Assembly: GCA_963663545.1 (NCBI GenBank)
Contig: OY760505.1
Location: forward strand, 1,536,001-1,600,000
Length of the DNA stretch: 64,000 nt
Source of the DNA: Candidatus Delongbacteria bacterium
GTDB lineage: Bacteria > CAIWAD01
Direction: 5' to 3'
This document shows positions 29,975 through 39,132 of the stretch, in pieces (position 1 is the stretch's first letter; each line of letters begins with the position of its first letter). The position numbers and the translations under genes are program-made. The notes under the pieces were generated by a model. That model ran no database searches. It saw nothing but the letters and a program-made list of their open reading frames with translations, and was not told the origin of the DNA.

Positions 29975-31369
29975 TCAACTACCTAATCGACACACAGCTT
30001 CCGGCGTAATCGCCTCTGCAAACTCCTGTGTCGTCATCAGACCGCTTTCAATCACAAGCTCTCTGACGCTACGACCTTCCGCATGCGCCTGTTTCACCAA
30101 AGCACTCACGCGATCGTAGCCCAGTGGCCCCACCAGTGCTGTTGCAGCCGCCGTGGAATTCTCCACGTGACGTCGACAACGCTCTTCGTTTGCCCGCAAG
30201 CCTTCAACACAATGCGCACGCAGTGTATCACAAGCGCGCGCGAGCAGGTCGATATTCTCCAACAGGCAGTCTGCGACAAGGGGCAGGAAGGGGTTAAGCT
30301 CCAGAGCTCCCGCACCAGCTGCCTGCGTGATTGCCAAGTCGTTTGCCTCTACCCGCCAGGCAACTTGTATCACGGCCTCCGGTATCACCGGATTCACTTT
30401 TCCCGGCATAATGGAACTTCCCGCCTGGCGAGCGGGCAAAATCAACTCTCCGAGACCAGCATCAGGACCACTGCTCAGCAGACGCAGGTCATTGCTGATC
30501 TTCTTCAAACTGCATGCCAACGCACGGGCAATTCCACTGACCTCGACAAACACGTCTGCATTCTGTGTGCCGTCCACCAGGTTCTCCGCACGAGCCAGAT
30601 TGTACCCGGTAATTTCGCGTAACACATCCGTGACACGAAAGATGAACTGCCTCGGTGCTCCGAGACCGCTGCCAATGGCTGTACCGCCTAGATTAACTAC
30701 ACGCAGGCGCTCGTTGCATTTGTAAATGCGCCAACGGTCGCGTGACAAAGCGTCCGCGTAAGCACTCATTTCGCGCCCCAGGGTCGTCAATACTGCATCC
30801 TGCAGCTGGGTGCGTCCCACCTTGACGATGTGGGCGAACTCGTGCTCCTTGGCCTGAAACGCCTGCTGCAATTCTACCACAGCCTGTTCCAGTCGCTCGA
30901 AACCAGCCATGGAAGCGATTCGCAACGCAGTAGGATATGTATCGTTCGTAGATTGGTGCCGGTTCAAATCATCGTTCGGTGATACAAACCGAACCTCGCC
31001 GGGCTCCTTGCCCAGAAACTGCAACGACCGGTTTGCAAGGACCTCGTTGACATTCATGTTCGTGCTTGTTCCCGCTCCACCCTGCAGTGCGTCAACAACC
31101 ACAACCTCATCCAACTCACCGTCGATCATTTCGCGGCAAGCACGCTCAATTGCGTCAGCTTTTTCCGGAGCAAGCTTCCAAACACCAAGATCCCGGTTCA
31201 CTTGCGCACACGCGAGCTTTACCTGGCCATAGGCCTTGATCAGGGCAGAATGAACGGAGCGTCCGCTTAGTGGGAAATTCTCCCGCGCACGCTCCGTATG
31301 TACGCCCCACAAACAGTCTGATGGCAGCTCGCGCTGCCCCAGCAGGTCCTCGTCAAACCTTGTGGTCAT
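29975..31369 (-). CDS. aspA: Aspartate ammonia-lyase
   Basis: QGGAGTSTNMN, QSTND, GRTQLQDA, GSSIMPGKVNP signature. Confidence 0.9.
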   Translation of the reverse strand: MTTRFDEDLLGQRELPSDCLWGVHTERARENFPLSGRSVHSALIKAYGQVKLACAQVNRDLGVWKLAPEKADAIERACREMIDGELDEVVVVDALQGGAGTSTNMNVNEVLANRSLQFLGKEPGEVRFVSPNDDLNRHQSTNDTYPTALRIASMAGFERLEQAVVELQQAFQAKEHEFAHIVKVGRTQLQDAVLTTLGREMSAYADALSRDRWRIYKCNERLRVVNLGGTAIGSGLGAPRQFIFRVTDVLREITGYNLARAENLVDGTQNADVFVEVSGIARALACSLKKISNDLRLLSSGPDAGLGELILPARQAGSSIMPGKVNPVIPEAVIQVAWRVEANDLAITQAAGAGALELNPFLPLVADCLLENIDLLARACDTLRAHCVEGLRANEERCRRHVENSTAAATALVGPLGYDRVSALVKQAHAEGRSVRELVIESGLMTTQEFAEAITPEAVCRLGS

Positions 31370-31384
31370 GGTGTCCTTTACTGG

Positions 31385-32833
31385 CTAGCAGTAGACGTCC
31401 CTGCGTCCTTCGCGGACCTTCTCCATCAGGGCTTCAGCTGTACGACGCGGGCCAGGATCCATTCCCTCTAGCATTTCCGGTATCACGGCCAAGCCGTCAG
31501 CCTTGGTTTTCGGCGAGGCAAAGTCCATGAGATATTCCAGGAAGGAGCTCAGGCCATTAGGCGCGCAGTGCGCTTTGATTGCGCCGGGCTTGGCCAGATC
31601 CATGAAGTCCGCACCAGTACGACCTAGTCGGTAGCATCCTGTGCAGAAAGAGGGGATGTAGCGCATCTTGATCAGGTCATGTATCACTTCATCCAGCGAG
31701 CGGTGGTCGCCTAGCGAGAACTGGCTCTCAGCGGTCGCATCTTCGTCTTCCAGATTCGGCATGTTGGCATGCTCGCCCGTCAGGCCTTGCGTTTCATCCT
31801 CGTATCCACCTGGATTCGTTCGACTGCCAGCCGAAATTTGTGATACACCGAGTGCAAATGTCTCACGGCGCATTTCCGCCGTCTCACGCGTGCTCATGAT
31901 GATACCGGTGTAGGGCACAGCTAGACGCAGGATGGCCACAAGCTTGCGGAAGTCGATGTCCGAAACCGGCTTGGGAGGATGCACGGCCACATCGGCTCCT
32001 GTAGCAGGCTCCAGACGAGGAACCGAGATAGTGTGTGGTCCGACACCAAAACGCCCCTCGAGGTGACGAATGTGCTGCATCAGGGCTAAGGTTTCCCAGC
32101 GCCAATCGAAGAGCCCAAAGAGCACACCAACACCTACATCATCGATGCCTGCTTCCATGGCACGATCCATCGCCGTGATACGAAAGTCGTAGTCCTTTTT
32201 GGGTCCACGCGTATGCATGCGCGCATATGTGTCACGGTGATACGTTTCCTGGAAGATTTGATACGTACCGATATTTGCGCCCTTCAGCGCTTTGAACTCT
32301 TCCAGATTGAGCGGTGCCACGTTGACATTGATACGGCGAATGCTGCCATGCTCGGTCTTGGTCTCGTAAACCGTGCGCACGCTATCCAGCACGTACTGAA
32401 AGCCCTGCTTGGGATAGCTCTCGCCCGCCACCAGCAGAACGCGCTTGTGTCCTTGCGCCAGCAGCAATTCCGTCTCATGCGTCAGCTCGGGTTGGGTCAG
32501 GGCGCGACGCTTAATCTTGCGATTTGTGATACGAAATGCGCAATAGGCACAGTCGTTCGCACACAGGTTTGAAATGTAGAGCGGCGCAAAGAGTACCAGT
32601 CGCCGTCCGTAGATCATGTCCTTCACGTCCCGCGCAGTATCAAACAACTCATGCAGCAAGTCGGGATCGCTGATTCCCATCAGCACTGCCATTTCAGCGT
32701 CGTCCAGGCCTTTGCCTTCGCGCGCGTGTGACAAAATTTCTCTTACCTGCGTGGCGTCCTGCTTTGCGGCCCGCGCCAATGTATCACTGATTCTTGCCTC
32801 ATCAATCGGCACTGTGTTTGGGGATGTTGCCAT
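31385..32833 (-). CDS. hydG: [FeFe]-hydrogenase maturase radical SAM HydG
   Basis: FAPLYISNLCANDCAYC, FQETYH, C-terminal SFCTGCYR...HCAPN auxiliary cluster motif. Confidence 0.94.
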   Translation of the reverse strand: MATSPNTVPIDEARISDTLARAAKQDATQVREILSHAREGKGLDDAEMAVLMGISDPDLLHELFDTARDVKDMIYGRRLVLFAPLYISNLCANDCAYCAFRITNRKIKRRALTQPELTHETELLLAQGHKRVLLVAGESYPKQGFQYVLDSVRTVYETKTEHGSIRRINVNVAPLNLEEFKALKGANIGTYQIFQETYHRDTYARMHTRGPKKDYDFRITAMDRAMEAGIDDVGVGVLFGLFDWRWETLALMQHIRHLEGRFGVGPHTISVPRLEPATGADVAVHPPKPVSDIDFRKLVAILRLAVPYTGIIMSTRETAEMRRETFALGVSQISAGSRTNPGGYEDETQGLTGEHANMPNLEDEDATAESQFSLGDHRSLDEVIHDLIKMRYIPSFCTGCYRLGRTGADFMDLAKPGAIKAHCAPNGLSSFLEYLMDFASPKTKADGLAVIPEMLEGMDPGPRRTAEALMEKVREGRRDVYC

Positions 32834-33159
32834 ATCAGCCTCCTTCCGCTGCCTCCCGGCAGCGCAACATGATAGGAATTCTAATTATGACCAATTTGGT
32901 ACTGTATTACACAGCGAGCAAGCGAGAAATCTGTTTTCTGCAGTACCCAAGCGGGTTTATACAGTTCTCGTTGAAGAAGCATTTCGACTGCCGCTCTGTG
33001 ACTTTTCGCAGTCCTGGAGACTCAAAGAGGTCAGAAAGAACACTTTTACCTGAAACCCGTTCGGATTGTTCCGTCTATGGGTGCCGGTTTCGGGAGCGCC
33101 GAGCAGTCGCTGCCGAAGACAGATGTAGGTACCTCAGTAAACTCCTGGAGGAGGTTATC

Positions 33160-33522
33160 ATGAAAGGCAGTACGACATTCAGTGGTCTCAAGCTGGCGCT
33201 GGCTATCCTGACCCTGACAGCTTTTGCAGCCTATGCAGGGGCACGGGAAGTGCCGCGCGAAATGTTCATTGATGTGGGAGAGCTTCACTACATGGTCATT
33301 ACCAATGGTGATGCTCCCTTCCCGATGTCGGGCAAGGTTCCGGTAATTGATTTTCCAATGCCGAACTATGCTGAGCGGGAGGCGCCCTTTGCTCTACCGA
33401 TGGAGGACTACCCTCAACCTCCCTTCATCCAAGTAGACCCGCCATTTGCGACGCCAACCTGGGTCGGTCCCACGGACCCATTCCGCGAGATTCGTCCGCC
33501 ATTTCACACAATGGATCGCTAA
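33160..33522 (+). CDS. Secreted Pro/Phe-rich hypothetical protein (120 aa)
   Basis: RBS GGAGGAGG, signal peptide MKGSTTFSGLKLALAILTLTAFAAYA, repeated APF/PPF/DPF. Confidence 0.65.
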   Translation: MKGSTTFSGLKLALAILTLTAFAAYAGAREVPREMFIDVGELHYMVITNGDAPFPMSGKVPVIDFPMPNYAEREAPFALPMEDYPQPPFIQVDPPFATPTWVGPTDPFREIRPPFHTMDR

Positions 33523-33846
33523 GTCTTCTCGCTGGAGACACAGCGTCTGCCTTGTAACCACATCTGTCAACCAAGCGGCCGCGCGTAAGCGTGGCCGTTT
33601 TATCTCCTAGGCACACGGACAATTCCGCCTCGCCTTGGTGGATAGCACTCACATGCCTCGACAAACGATTGTTTATCATAGTATTGCAACTGACTGTACG
33701 TAGATTCGCTGACGCGCTCAGCCTGCACAGGACCTTCTGCTCGGCAGCCAGCAAATCGATTTATCCCAATTATCCCCATATATTCCCAATTATTCTTAGT
33801 GCAAATATAAGTATGAATAAATTGGAATAATTGTCTATAATTATTC

Positions 33847-35037
33847 ATGAACATCATCACCAATCCATTTGCTCCCGGCGCTGGCTCACCACCACCCGAA
33901 CTTGCGGGTCGCTCTCCAATACTGGAGCAGGGCCGTGTTCTGTGCAGGAGAATCCTTGCCGGGCGCTCAGAAAAAAGCCTGCTGTTGACAGGATTGCGTG
34001 GTACGGGCAAAACCGTGCTTCTCAACATAATGCTGCAAGAGGCTGAAAATCTGAGTATTAGAACTGTCTTCGCCGAAGCGCATCTGGAGAAGCCGCTTTC
34101 CTTCCTGTTGGCGTCACAACTCCGCACCATTCTCTACGACTTAAACCGGCTGGCTGGCGCAGGAAATCTGGCTCGTCGCGGCCTGGCTGTACTAGGCAGC
34201 TTTGTCAATGGACTACGGCTGAGCATCGGTGAGGTCAATCTGGGTATTGATGTTCAACCCGAGGCGGGCACGGCAGATAGTGGGGACATCGAGACAGATC
34301 TCCCCCAACTGCTTCTTGGAGTCGCTCTGGCTGCACAAGAGCGAAAGACCGCCATCGCACTGCTCATCGACGAAATTCAATTCCTTAGTAAAAAAGAACT
34401 TAGCGCATTGATCATGTCCATGCACCTCATGCAGCAAAGACAGTTACCATTGATGCTGATTGGAGCTGGATTGCCTGTGCTACCGCAGCTTGCCGGTGAG
34501 GCAAAGACCTATGCTGAGCGCCTCTTCTCATTCCCCGAGGTCGGCCCACTCTCTCCAGCGGATAGTTCTCGCGCCCTGCAAGTTCCGGCAAATCAGCTTG
34601 ATGTGCACTTCACCGACGAGGCACTTGACGAAGTCTTCAAGGCTACACAAGGTTATCCCTATTTCCTGCAGGAGTGGGGCTACCAGGCATGGAACCTGAG
34701 CGAGTCCCCGAAGATCGGGGCGGACCTGATTAGGCGTGCAAGCGAGAAAGTCACGCGGCAACTGGATCAGGATTTCTTTCGCGTACGCTTCGACCGCATG
34801 TCCCCGCGCGAGAGAGCTTTCCTGCTCGCCATGGCCAGAATCGGCACGGAGCTCTGCCGGACCGGAGATGTGGCCGAGTTGCTGCAGATCCCCTCCACGG
34901 CGACGGGTCCGCTTCGGGGAAGCCTGATCAGAAAGGGCATGATCTTCAGCCCGGGGCACGGGCTTCTCTCTTTCTCTGTCCCGCTGTTTGGCGAGTTCAT
35001 GCTGCGAACTTCAAGCAGGGACATGCCACAGCCCTGA
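33847..35037 (+). CDS. AAA-type ATPase (AAA_16/archaeal-ATPase-like) with probable C-terminal winged helix
   Basis: NPFAPGAG..PP..AGR, GLRGTGKT Walker A, LLIDEIQ Walker B, GYPYFLQ, LIRKGMI. Confidence 0.82.
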   Translation: MNIITNPFAPGAGSPPPELAGRSPILEQGRVLCRRILAGRSEKSLLLTGLRGTGKTVLLNIMLQEAENLSIRTVFAEAHLEKPLSFLLASQLRTILYDLNRLAGAGNLARRGLAVLGSFVNGLRLSIGEVNLGIDVQPEAGTADSGDIETDLPQLLLGVALAAQERKTAIALLIDEIQFLSKKELSALIMSMHLMQQRQLPLMLIGAGLPVLPQLAGEAKTYAERLFSFPEVGPLSPADSSRALQVPANQLDVHFTDEALDEVFKATQGYPYFLQEWGYQAWNLSESPKIGADLIRRASEKVTRQLDQDFFRVRFDRMSPRERAFLLAMARIGTELCRTGDVAELLQIPSTATGPLRGSLIRKGMIFSPGHGLLSFSVPLFGEFMLRTSSRDMPQP

Positions 35038-35071
35038 CACACAAGCTCAATCGGATCCACCCGGTAGCAAA

Positions 35072-35095
35072 ACGGGGACCCCAAAGGGTCCCCGT
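35072..35095. terminator. Hairpin terminator between convergent ATPase and hydA2
   Basis: ACGGGGACCC-caaa-GGGTCCCCGT with A run on the left (U tract on the minus strand). Confidence 0.7.
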
Positions 35096-35120
35096 CGACT
35101 GGTCGGAGTTGGACCGGGCG

Positions 35121-37055
35121 CTATACCATGTAGCGGCCGCGGGCCAGATAGTGGGTGTGCAGCAAGTCGTGGGACTTGTGGCTGCAGGGGCCCTCGGGCA
35201 GGAAGTTGGTGTACAGCTCGAGGACAGCCGGGTTCTCGTGGCTCTTGCGTACCTCGTAGGCGGCGTCTTCCGCGTAGATCGCCTTGGCGCGGGCCTCGCG
35301 AATGGCCGGGGAGGTCGGGATAGGCTGACCGCCACCACCCAGGCAGCCGCCCGGGCAAGCCATGAACTCGATGAAATGGCACTCGCTGAACTTGCCACCG
35401 GCCTTGATATCGTCCAGCACCTTCTTGGCGTTGGCAGTACCATGGGCCACGGCCACCTTGACGGTGACGCCCTTCAGCCAGTTCCAGTCCTTGATACCCA
35501 GCGGAGCCAGGATCTCGGGCACGGGGCCGACATCCGGAATGGTCAGTTCCATGTAACGGACGCCGTCGAAGCCACGAACCGGAACGATGTCGGCGTGCTC
35601 GAAGAGATCTTCGACCTTGATGCCAACCACCAGCTCGATGACCGTACGCAGTGCGGATTCCATCACACCACCGGTGGCGCCGAAGATGACGCCGGAACCC
35701 GTCGCCGTTCCGAAGGGATCGTCGAAATCGGACTTGGGCACGTTGGGCAGATCGATGCCGGCTTCCTTGAACATCTGGGCCAGCTCGCGCACCGTCAGAC
35801 CGTAGTCCACATCCTTGTAACCACTGTCGCGCATCTCGGGACGGTTGCACTCGAACTTCTTCGCCGAGCAGGGCATCAGCGCCACGGTGACCAGGTCAGC
35901 CGGGTCGATGTTGAACTTCTGGGCGTAGTAGGTCTTGATAACCGCACCGAACATCTGCTGCGGGCTCTTGGCCGACGACAGGTTCGGAATGAACTCGGGA
36001 TAGAAATGCTCGCAGAACTTCACCCAGCCCGGGCTGCAGCTGGTGAACTGCGGCAGGGCAATTTCCGGCTCGCCGGTGACCAGCGCCTTGTAGAGGCGGA
36101 TCAGCAGCTCGGTGCCTTCCTCAAGAATGGTGAGGTCAGCGGTGAAGTTGGTGTCGAAGACCTTGTCGAAACCGCACATGCGAGCGGCGGTGTTCATCTG
36201 GAAGGTCATCGGGGTACCCGGAACGCAGCCGAATTCCTCGCCGATGGCGGCACGCGGTGCCGGCGCGGTCTGGATGACGACGTGCTTCTTAGGATCGTCG
36301 ATGGCGGACCACACCTCGTCGGTCGGGTCATTGGCACGCAGCGCGCCGGTCGGGCAACGATTGATGCACTGTCCGCAGTTGATGCAGACCACATCGGCCA
36401 GCGGCTTGTCCATAAAGGTGCCGATGGTAGTATCGCTGCCACGGCCCACAGCCTCCAGCACACCCACTTCCTGCAGGTCGATGCAGGTGCGGACGCAGCG
36501 GCGGCAGTTGACGCACTTGTCCATGTCACGAATGACGGAGAAGCTGCTGCGGTCAACCTGGAACTCGCGCTTCTCCTTCTTGCCGAAACGGAAGAAGTCG
36601 ACGCCCATTTCCTTGGCCAGGCTCTGCAGTTCGCAATTGTTGTTGCGGAAGCAGGTATAGCACTCGCCATAGTGACGGGAAAGCAGCAGGTCCACGATGT
36701 GACGACGGGCGCGACGCACCTTGGGAGTGTGAGTCGAAATCTTCAGCGGGGAGGTGATGGGATAGGCGCAGGAAGCCTGCAGCGTCCTCATACCCTCGAT
36801 CTCGACCACGCACACACGGCACAGTCCGGCGGAGCACAGATCTTCGTGCTCGCACAGGGTGGGAATGTGAATATTCAGCTTACGGGCGGCCTGAAGGATC
36901 GTGGTTCCCATCGGGACCTTGATCTCCTGGCCGTCGATCTCTACCCGCACCAGCGCGCCGACGCTCTTCTCATCGGCCTCGACCGTAATCGTCTGGGCCT
37001 TCTGGCTCACCGGCGCACGGCTGGTATCGGGATTCATTCGATTCGACGTTGTCAT
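35121..37055 (-). CDS. hydA: [FeFe]-hydrogenase group A catalytic subunit (copy 2)
   Basis: NuoG-like Fe-S domains; FTSCSPGW, MPCSAKKFE, EFMACPGGCLGGGGQP, LLHTHY. Confidence 0.93.
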   Translation of the reverse strand: MTTSNRMNPDTSRAPVSQKAQTITVEADEKSVGALVRVEIDGQEIKVPMGTTILQAARKLNIHIPTLCEHEDLCSAGLCRVCVVEIEGMRTLQASCAYPITSPLKISTHTPKVRRARRHIVDLLLSRHYGECYTCFRNNNCELQSLAKEMGVDFFRFGKKEKREFQVDRSSFSVIRDMDKCVNCRRCVRTCIDLQEVGVLEAVGRGSDTTIGTFMDKPLADVVCINCGQCINRCPTGALRANDPTDEVWSAIDDPKKHVVIQTAPAPRAAIGEEFGCVPGTPMTFQMNTAARMCGFDKVFDTNFTADLTILEEGTELLIRLYKALVTGEPEIALPQFTSCSPGWVKFCEHFYPEFIPNLSSAKSPQQMFGAVIKTYYAQKFNIDPADLVTVALMPCSAKKFECNRPEMRDSGYKDVDYGLTVRELAQMFKEAGIDLPNVPKSDFDDPFGTATGSGVIFGATGGVMESALRTVIELVVGIKVEDLFEHADIVPVRGFDGVRYMELTIPDVGPVPEILAPLGIKDWNWLKGVTVKVAVAHGTANAKKVLDDIKAGGKFSECHFIEFMACPGGCLGGGGQPIPTSPAIREARAKAIYAEDAAYEVRKSHENPAVLELYTNFLPEGPCSHKSHDLLHTHYLARGRYMV

Positions 37056-37093
37056 TTCTCCTCCAGAGAAATCTCAGCGTTCAAGACGCGGCA

Positions 37094-38275
37094 TTACGCC
37101 TGCGCCCGCCCCAGCACCTCATCCTTGAAATGGGTGACGATGTTGATGAAGGCATTGGGGCTACTCTGACCCAGACCGCACTTGGAGGCCACCTGCATGG
37201 TCTCGCCCAGTGCAATCAGCTCGTTGAGGTAAGACAGGGAGCAAGTTCCCTTCTCGAGCATTTTCAGACCCTCGAGCAGACGCTTGTTACCCTCGCGGCA
37301 GGGCGTGCACTGGCCGCAGCTTTCCTCGTCGAAGAATTCCATGAAGTTGATGGCAACGCGGAGCATGTCGCGACCCTGGCCGAAGATCATCACGCTGCCG
37401 CCGGTGGCGACATCGTTGTAGCTGATCGTGCGGCCAAACTGGTCGGCCGGAACCGTGGTACCGCTGGCACCACCGATCTGCACGGCCTTGGCACCCATTC
37501 CGCCCACCAACTCGAGCATCTCGTTTACGGTGATGCCCATCGGGACTTCGTAGACTCCCGGCCTGGTGCAGTCGCCGGAAATGGACAGCAGCTTGGTCCC
37601 GGTGGAACCCTCGGGTCCGATCTTTCCGAACTGCTCGGGGCCCAGCACCATAATGCGGGCGGCCAAGGCAAACGTCTCAACGTTGTTCACCGAAGTGGGA
37701 TGCCCCATGAAGCCGGTGTTGACCGGGAAGGGCGGGCGATTGCGCGGCTCACCGCGATGTCCCTCGAGGGACTCGATGAGGGCAGTCTCTTCACCACAGA
37801 TATAGGCGCCAGCGCCCATGTGAATGTGGATATCGAATTCAAAGCCGTCGCGTCCGCACACGTTCTTGCCCAGCAGGCCCTGCTCGCGACGCTGATTGAG
37901 CACGCATTCCAGGTGCTTGCGCAGATACATGTACTCGCCGCGCAGGTAGAGGATACCCGTCTTGGCGCCGATGGCCAGACCGCAAATGGTCATGCCCTCG
38001 AAAACCAGATCGGCGTGATCGGACAGCAGGACGCGATCTTTAAAGGTGCCGGGCTCGCCTTCATCAGCGTTGCACACGACATACTTTTCGCTGTCCTGGG
38101 CCAGAGCGGCGAAGTTCCACTTCATACCGGTCGGGAAACCGGCACCGCCACGGCCACGCAGACCGGACTCACGCACCTGACTGATGATGTCCATGCGCTT
38201 CATCTCGATGGCCTTCTTCAGGCCCTCGTCGGCAACGCGCTCTGTGAAGAGGAGGGAATTCTTTTCGATGCTCAT
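37094..38275 (-). CDS. hydB: Short NADH diaphorase subunit (NuoF-like; no N-terminal Trx or C-terminal ferredoxin domain)
   Basis: GRGGAGFPTG, NADEGEPGTFKDR, GGASG, ESCGQCTPCREG; ends soon after CGLG. Confidence 0.9.
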   Translation of the reverse strand: MSIEKNSLLFTERVADEGLKKAIEMKRMDIISQVRESGLRGRGGAGFPTGMKWNFAALAQDSEKYVVCNADEGEPGTFKDRVLLSDHADLVFEGMTICGLAIGAKTGILYLRGEYMYLRKHLECVLNQRREQGLLGKNVCGRDGFEFDIHIHMGAGAYICGEETALIESLEGHRGEPRNRPPFPVNTGFMGHPTSVNNVETFALAARIMVLGPEQFGKIGPEGSTGTKLLSISGDCTRPGVYEVPMGITVNEMLELVGGMGAKAVQIGGASGTTVPADQFGRTISYNDVATGGSVMIFGQGRDMLRVAINFMEFFDEESCGQCTPCREGNKRLLEGLKMLEKGTCSLSYLNELIALGETMQVASKCGLGQSSPNAFINIVTHFKDEVLGRAQA

Positions 38276-38850
38276 CAGGCATTTCCTCCAGCTTTGCAGC
38301 CGCAGCCACCGATCTTCATCGCGCCGGGCAGCTCGATGGTCTTGGCATCACCCAAGGTGGGGTACAGGGCCCACACGCGACGGCAGGCTTCCACGATGTC
38401 GTGGACCTTCTGCGCCGTGACCTTGGTGAAAACCTGATCGTTGACCATCAAAGCCGGACCCTGGTCGCACCAACCCATGCAGTTGGTGTACTCCAGCGAG
38501 AAGTGTCCGTCTTCGGTGGTCTCACCGAACTTGATTCCCAGCTCGTTCTCGAGCTGCCGAGCAATACGGTCCTTTCCGGCCATATCGCAGGAGATCGTAC
38601 GGCAGAGGCGGAAAATGAAATGCCCCTTCTTCTCCGCATTCAAGAATGCGTAGAAGCTGATCACGCTGTACACTTCGACAGGGTGAATATCCAGCAAACG
38701 TGCGATTTCCTGCATGGCGAAATCAGAGATCCAACCCTCCCGATCCTGCAGATCCTGCAGAATGGGGATAAGGGCTGAGCGATCCCGCCCGTGCTGCTCG
38801 GCCAGCGCGGCGATCTCCGCGCACAGTTTTTCTTTCTCCGATACCAGCAT
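38275..38850 (-). CDS. hydC: [2Fe-2S] NuoE/HydC-like subunit (copy 2)
   Basis: VISFYAF, CRTISC, CMGWC. Confidence 0.88.
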   Translation of the reverse strand: MLVSEKEKLCAEIAALAEQHGRDRSALIPILQDLQDREGWISDFAMQEIARLLDIHPVEVYSVISFYAFLNAEKKGHFIFRLCRTISCDMAGKDRIARQLENELGIKFGETTEDGHFSLEYTNCMGWCDQGPALMVNDQVFTKVTAQKVHDIVEACRRVWALYPTLGDAKTIELPGAMKIGGCGCKAGGNA

Positions 38851-38916
38851 GCTAGTCTCCCTTTACAGCAACCGGCCCCGGGCGTGGTGGGCCCGCGGGA
38901 CGGAAACTCGCAGATA

Positions 38917-38934
38917 CGGTTAAAAAATTAACAG
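38917..38934. promoter_or_regulatory. Rex-like operator upstream of hydC2
   Basis: CGGTTAA-AAAA-TTAACAG. Confidence 0.5.
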
Positions 38935-39132
38935 TAAATGCTCGAAAAACAACCAACTTGCCGAGAAAATTGCTCCCGCAACACACAGCTCTAGCTATGG
39001 CTATCCCTAAGAGAATCAAGAGCTCAGCGTAGGTGGTAGTATGAAGCGCGTAAAAGAACACTGAGATTTTTAGGCATTCATAAAAACGAGGCGGCATGTT
39101 TTACCGACCAAACTTACTTGTGAGGTCAGAAT

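Noticed and set aside
35109..38437. Long plus-strand ORFs (686 aa, 462 aa) and similar ones at 10953-11996 and 60645-62144
   Set aside because: Antisense shadows of well-supported genes, caused by strong GC codon bias; no motifs of their own.
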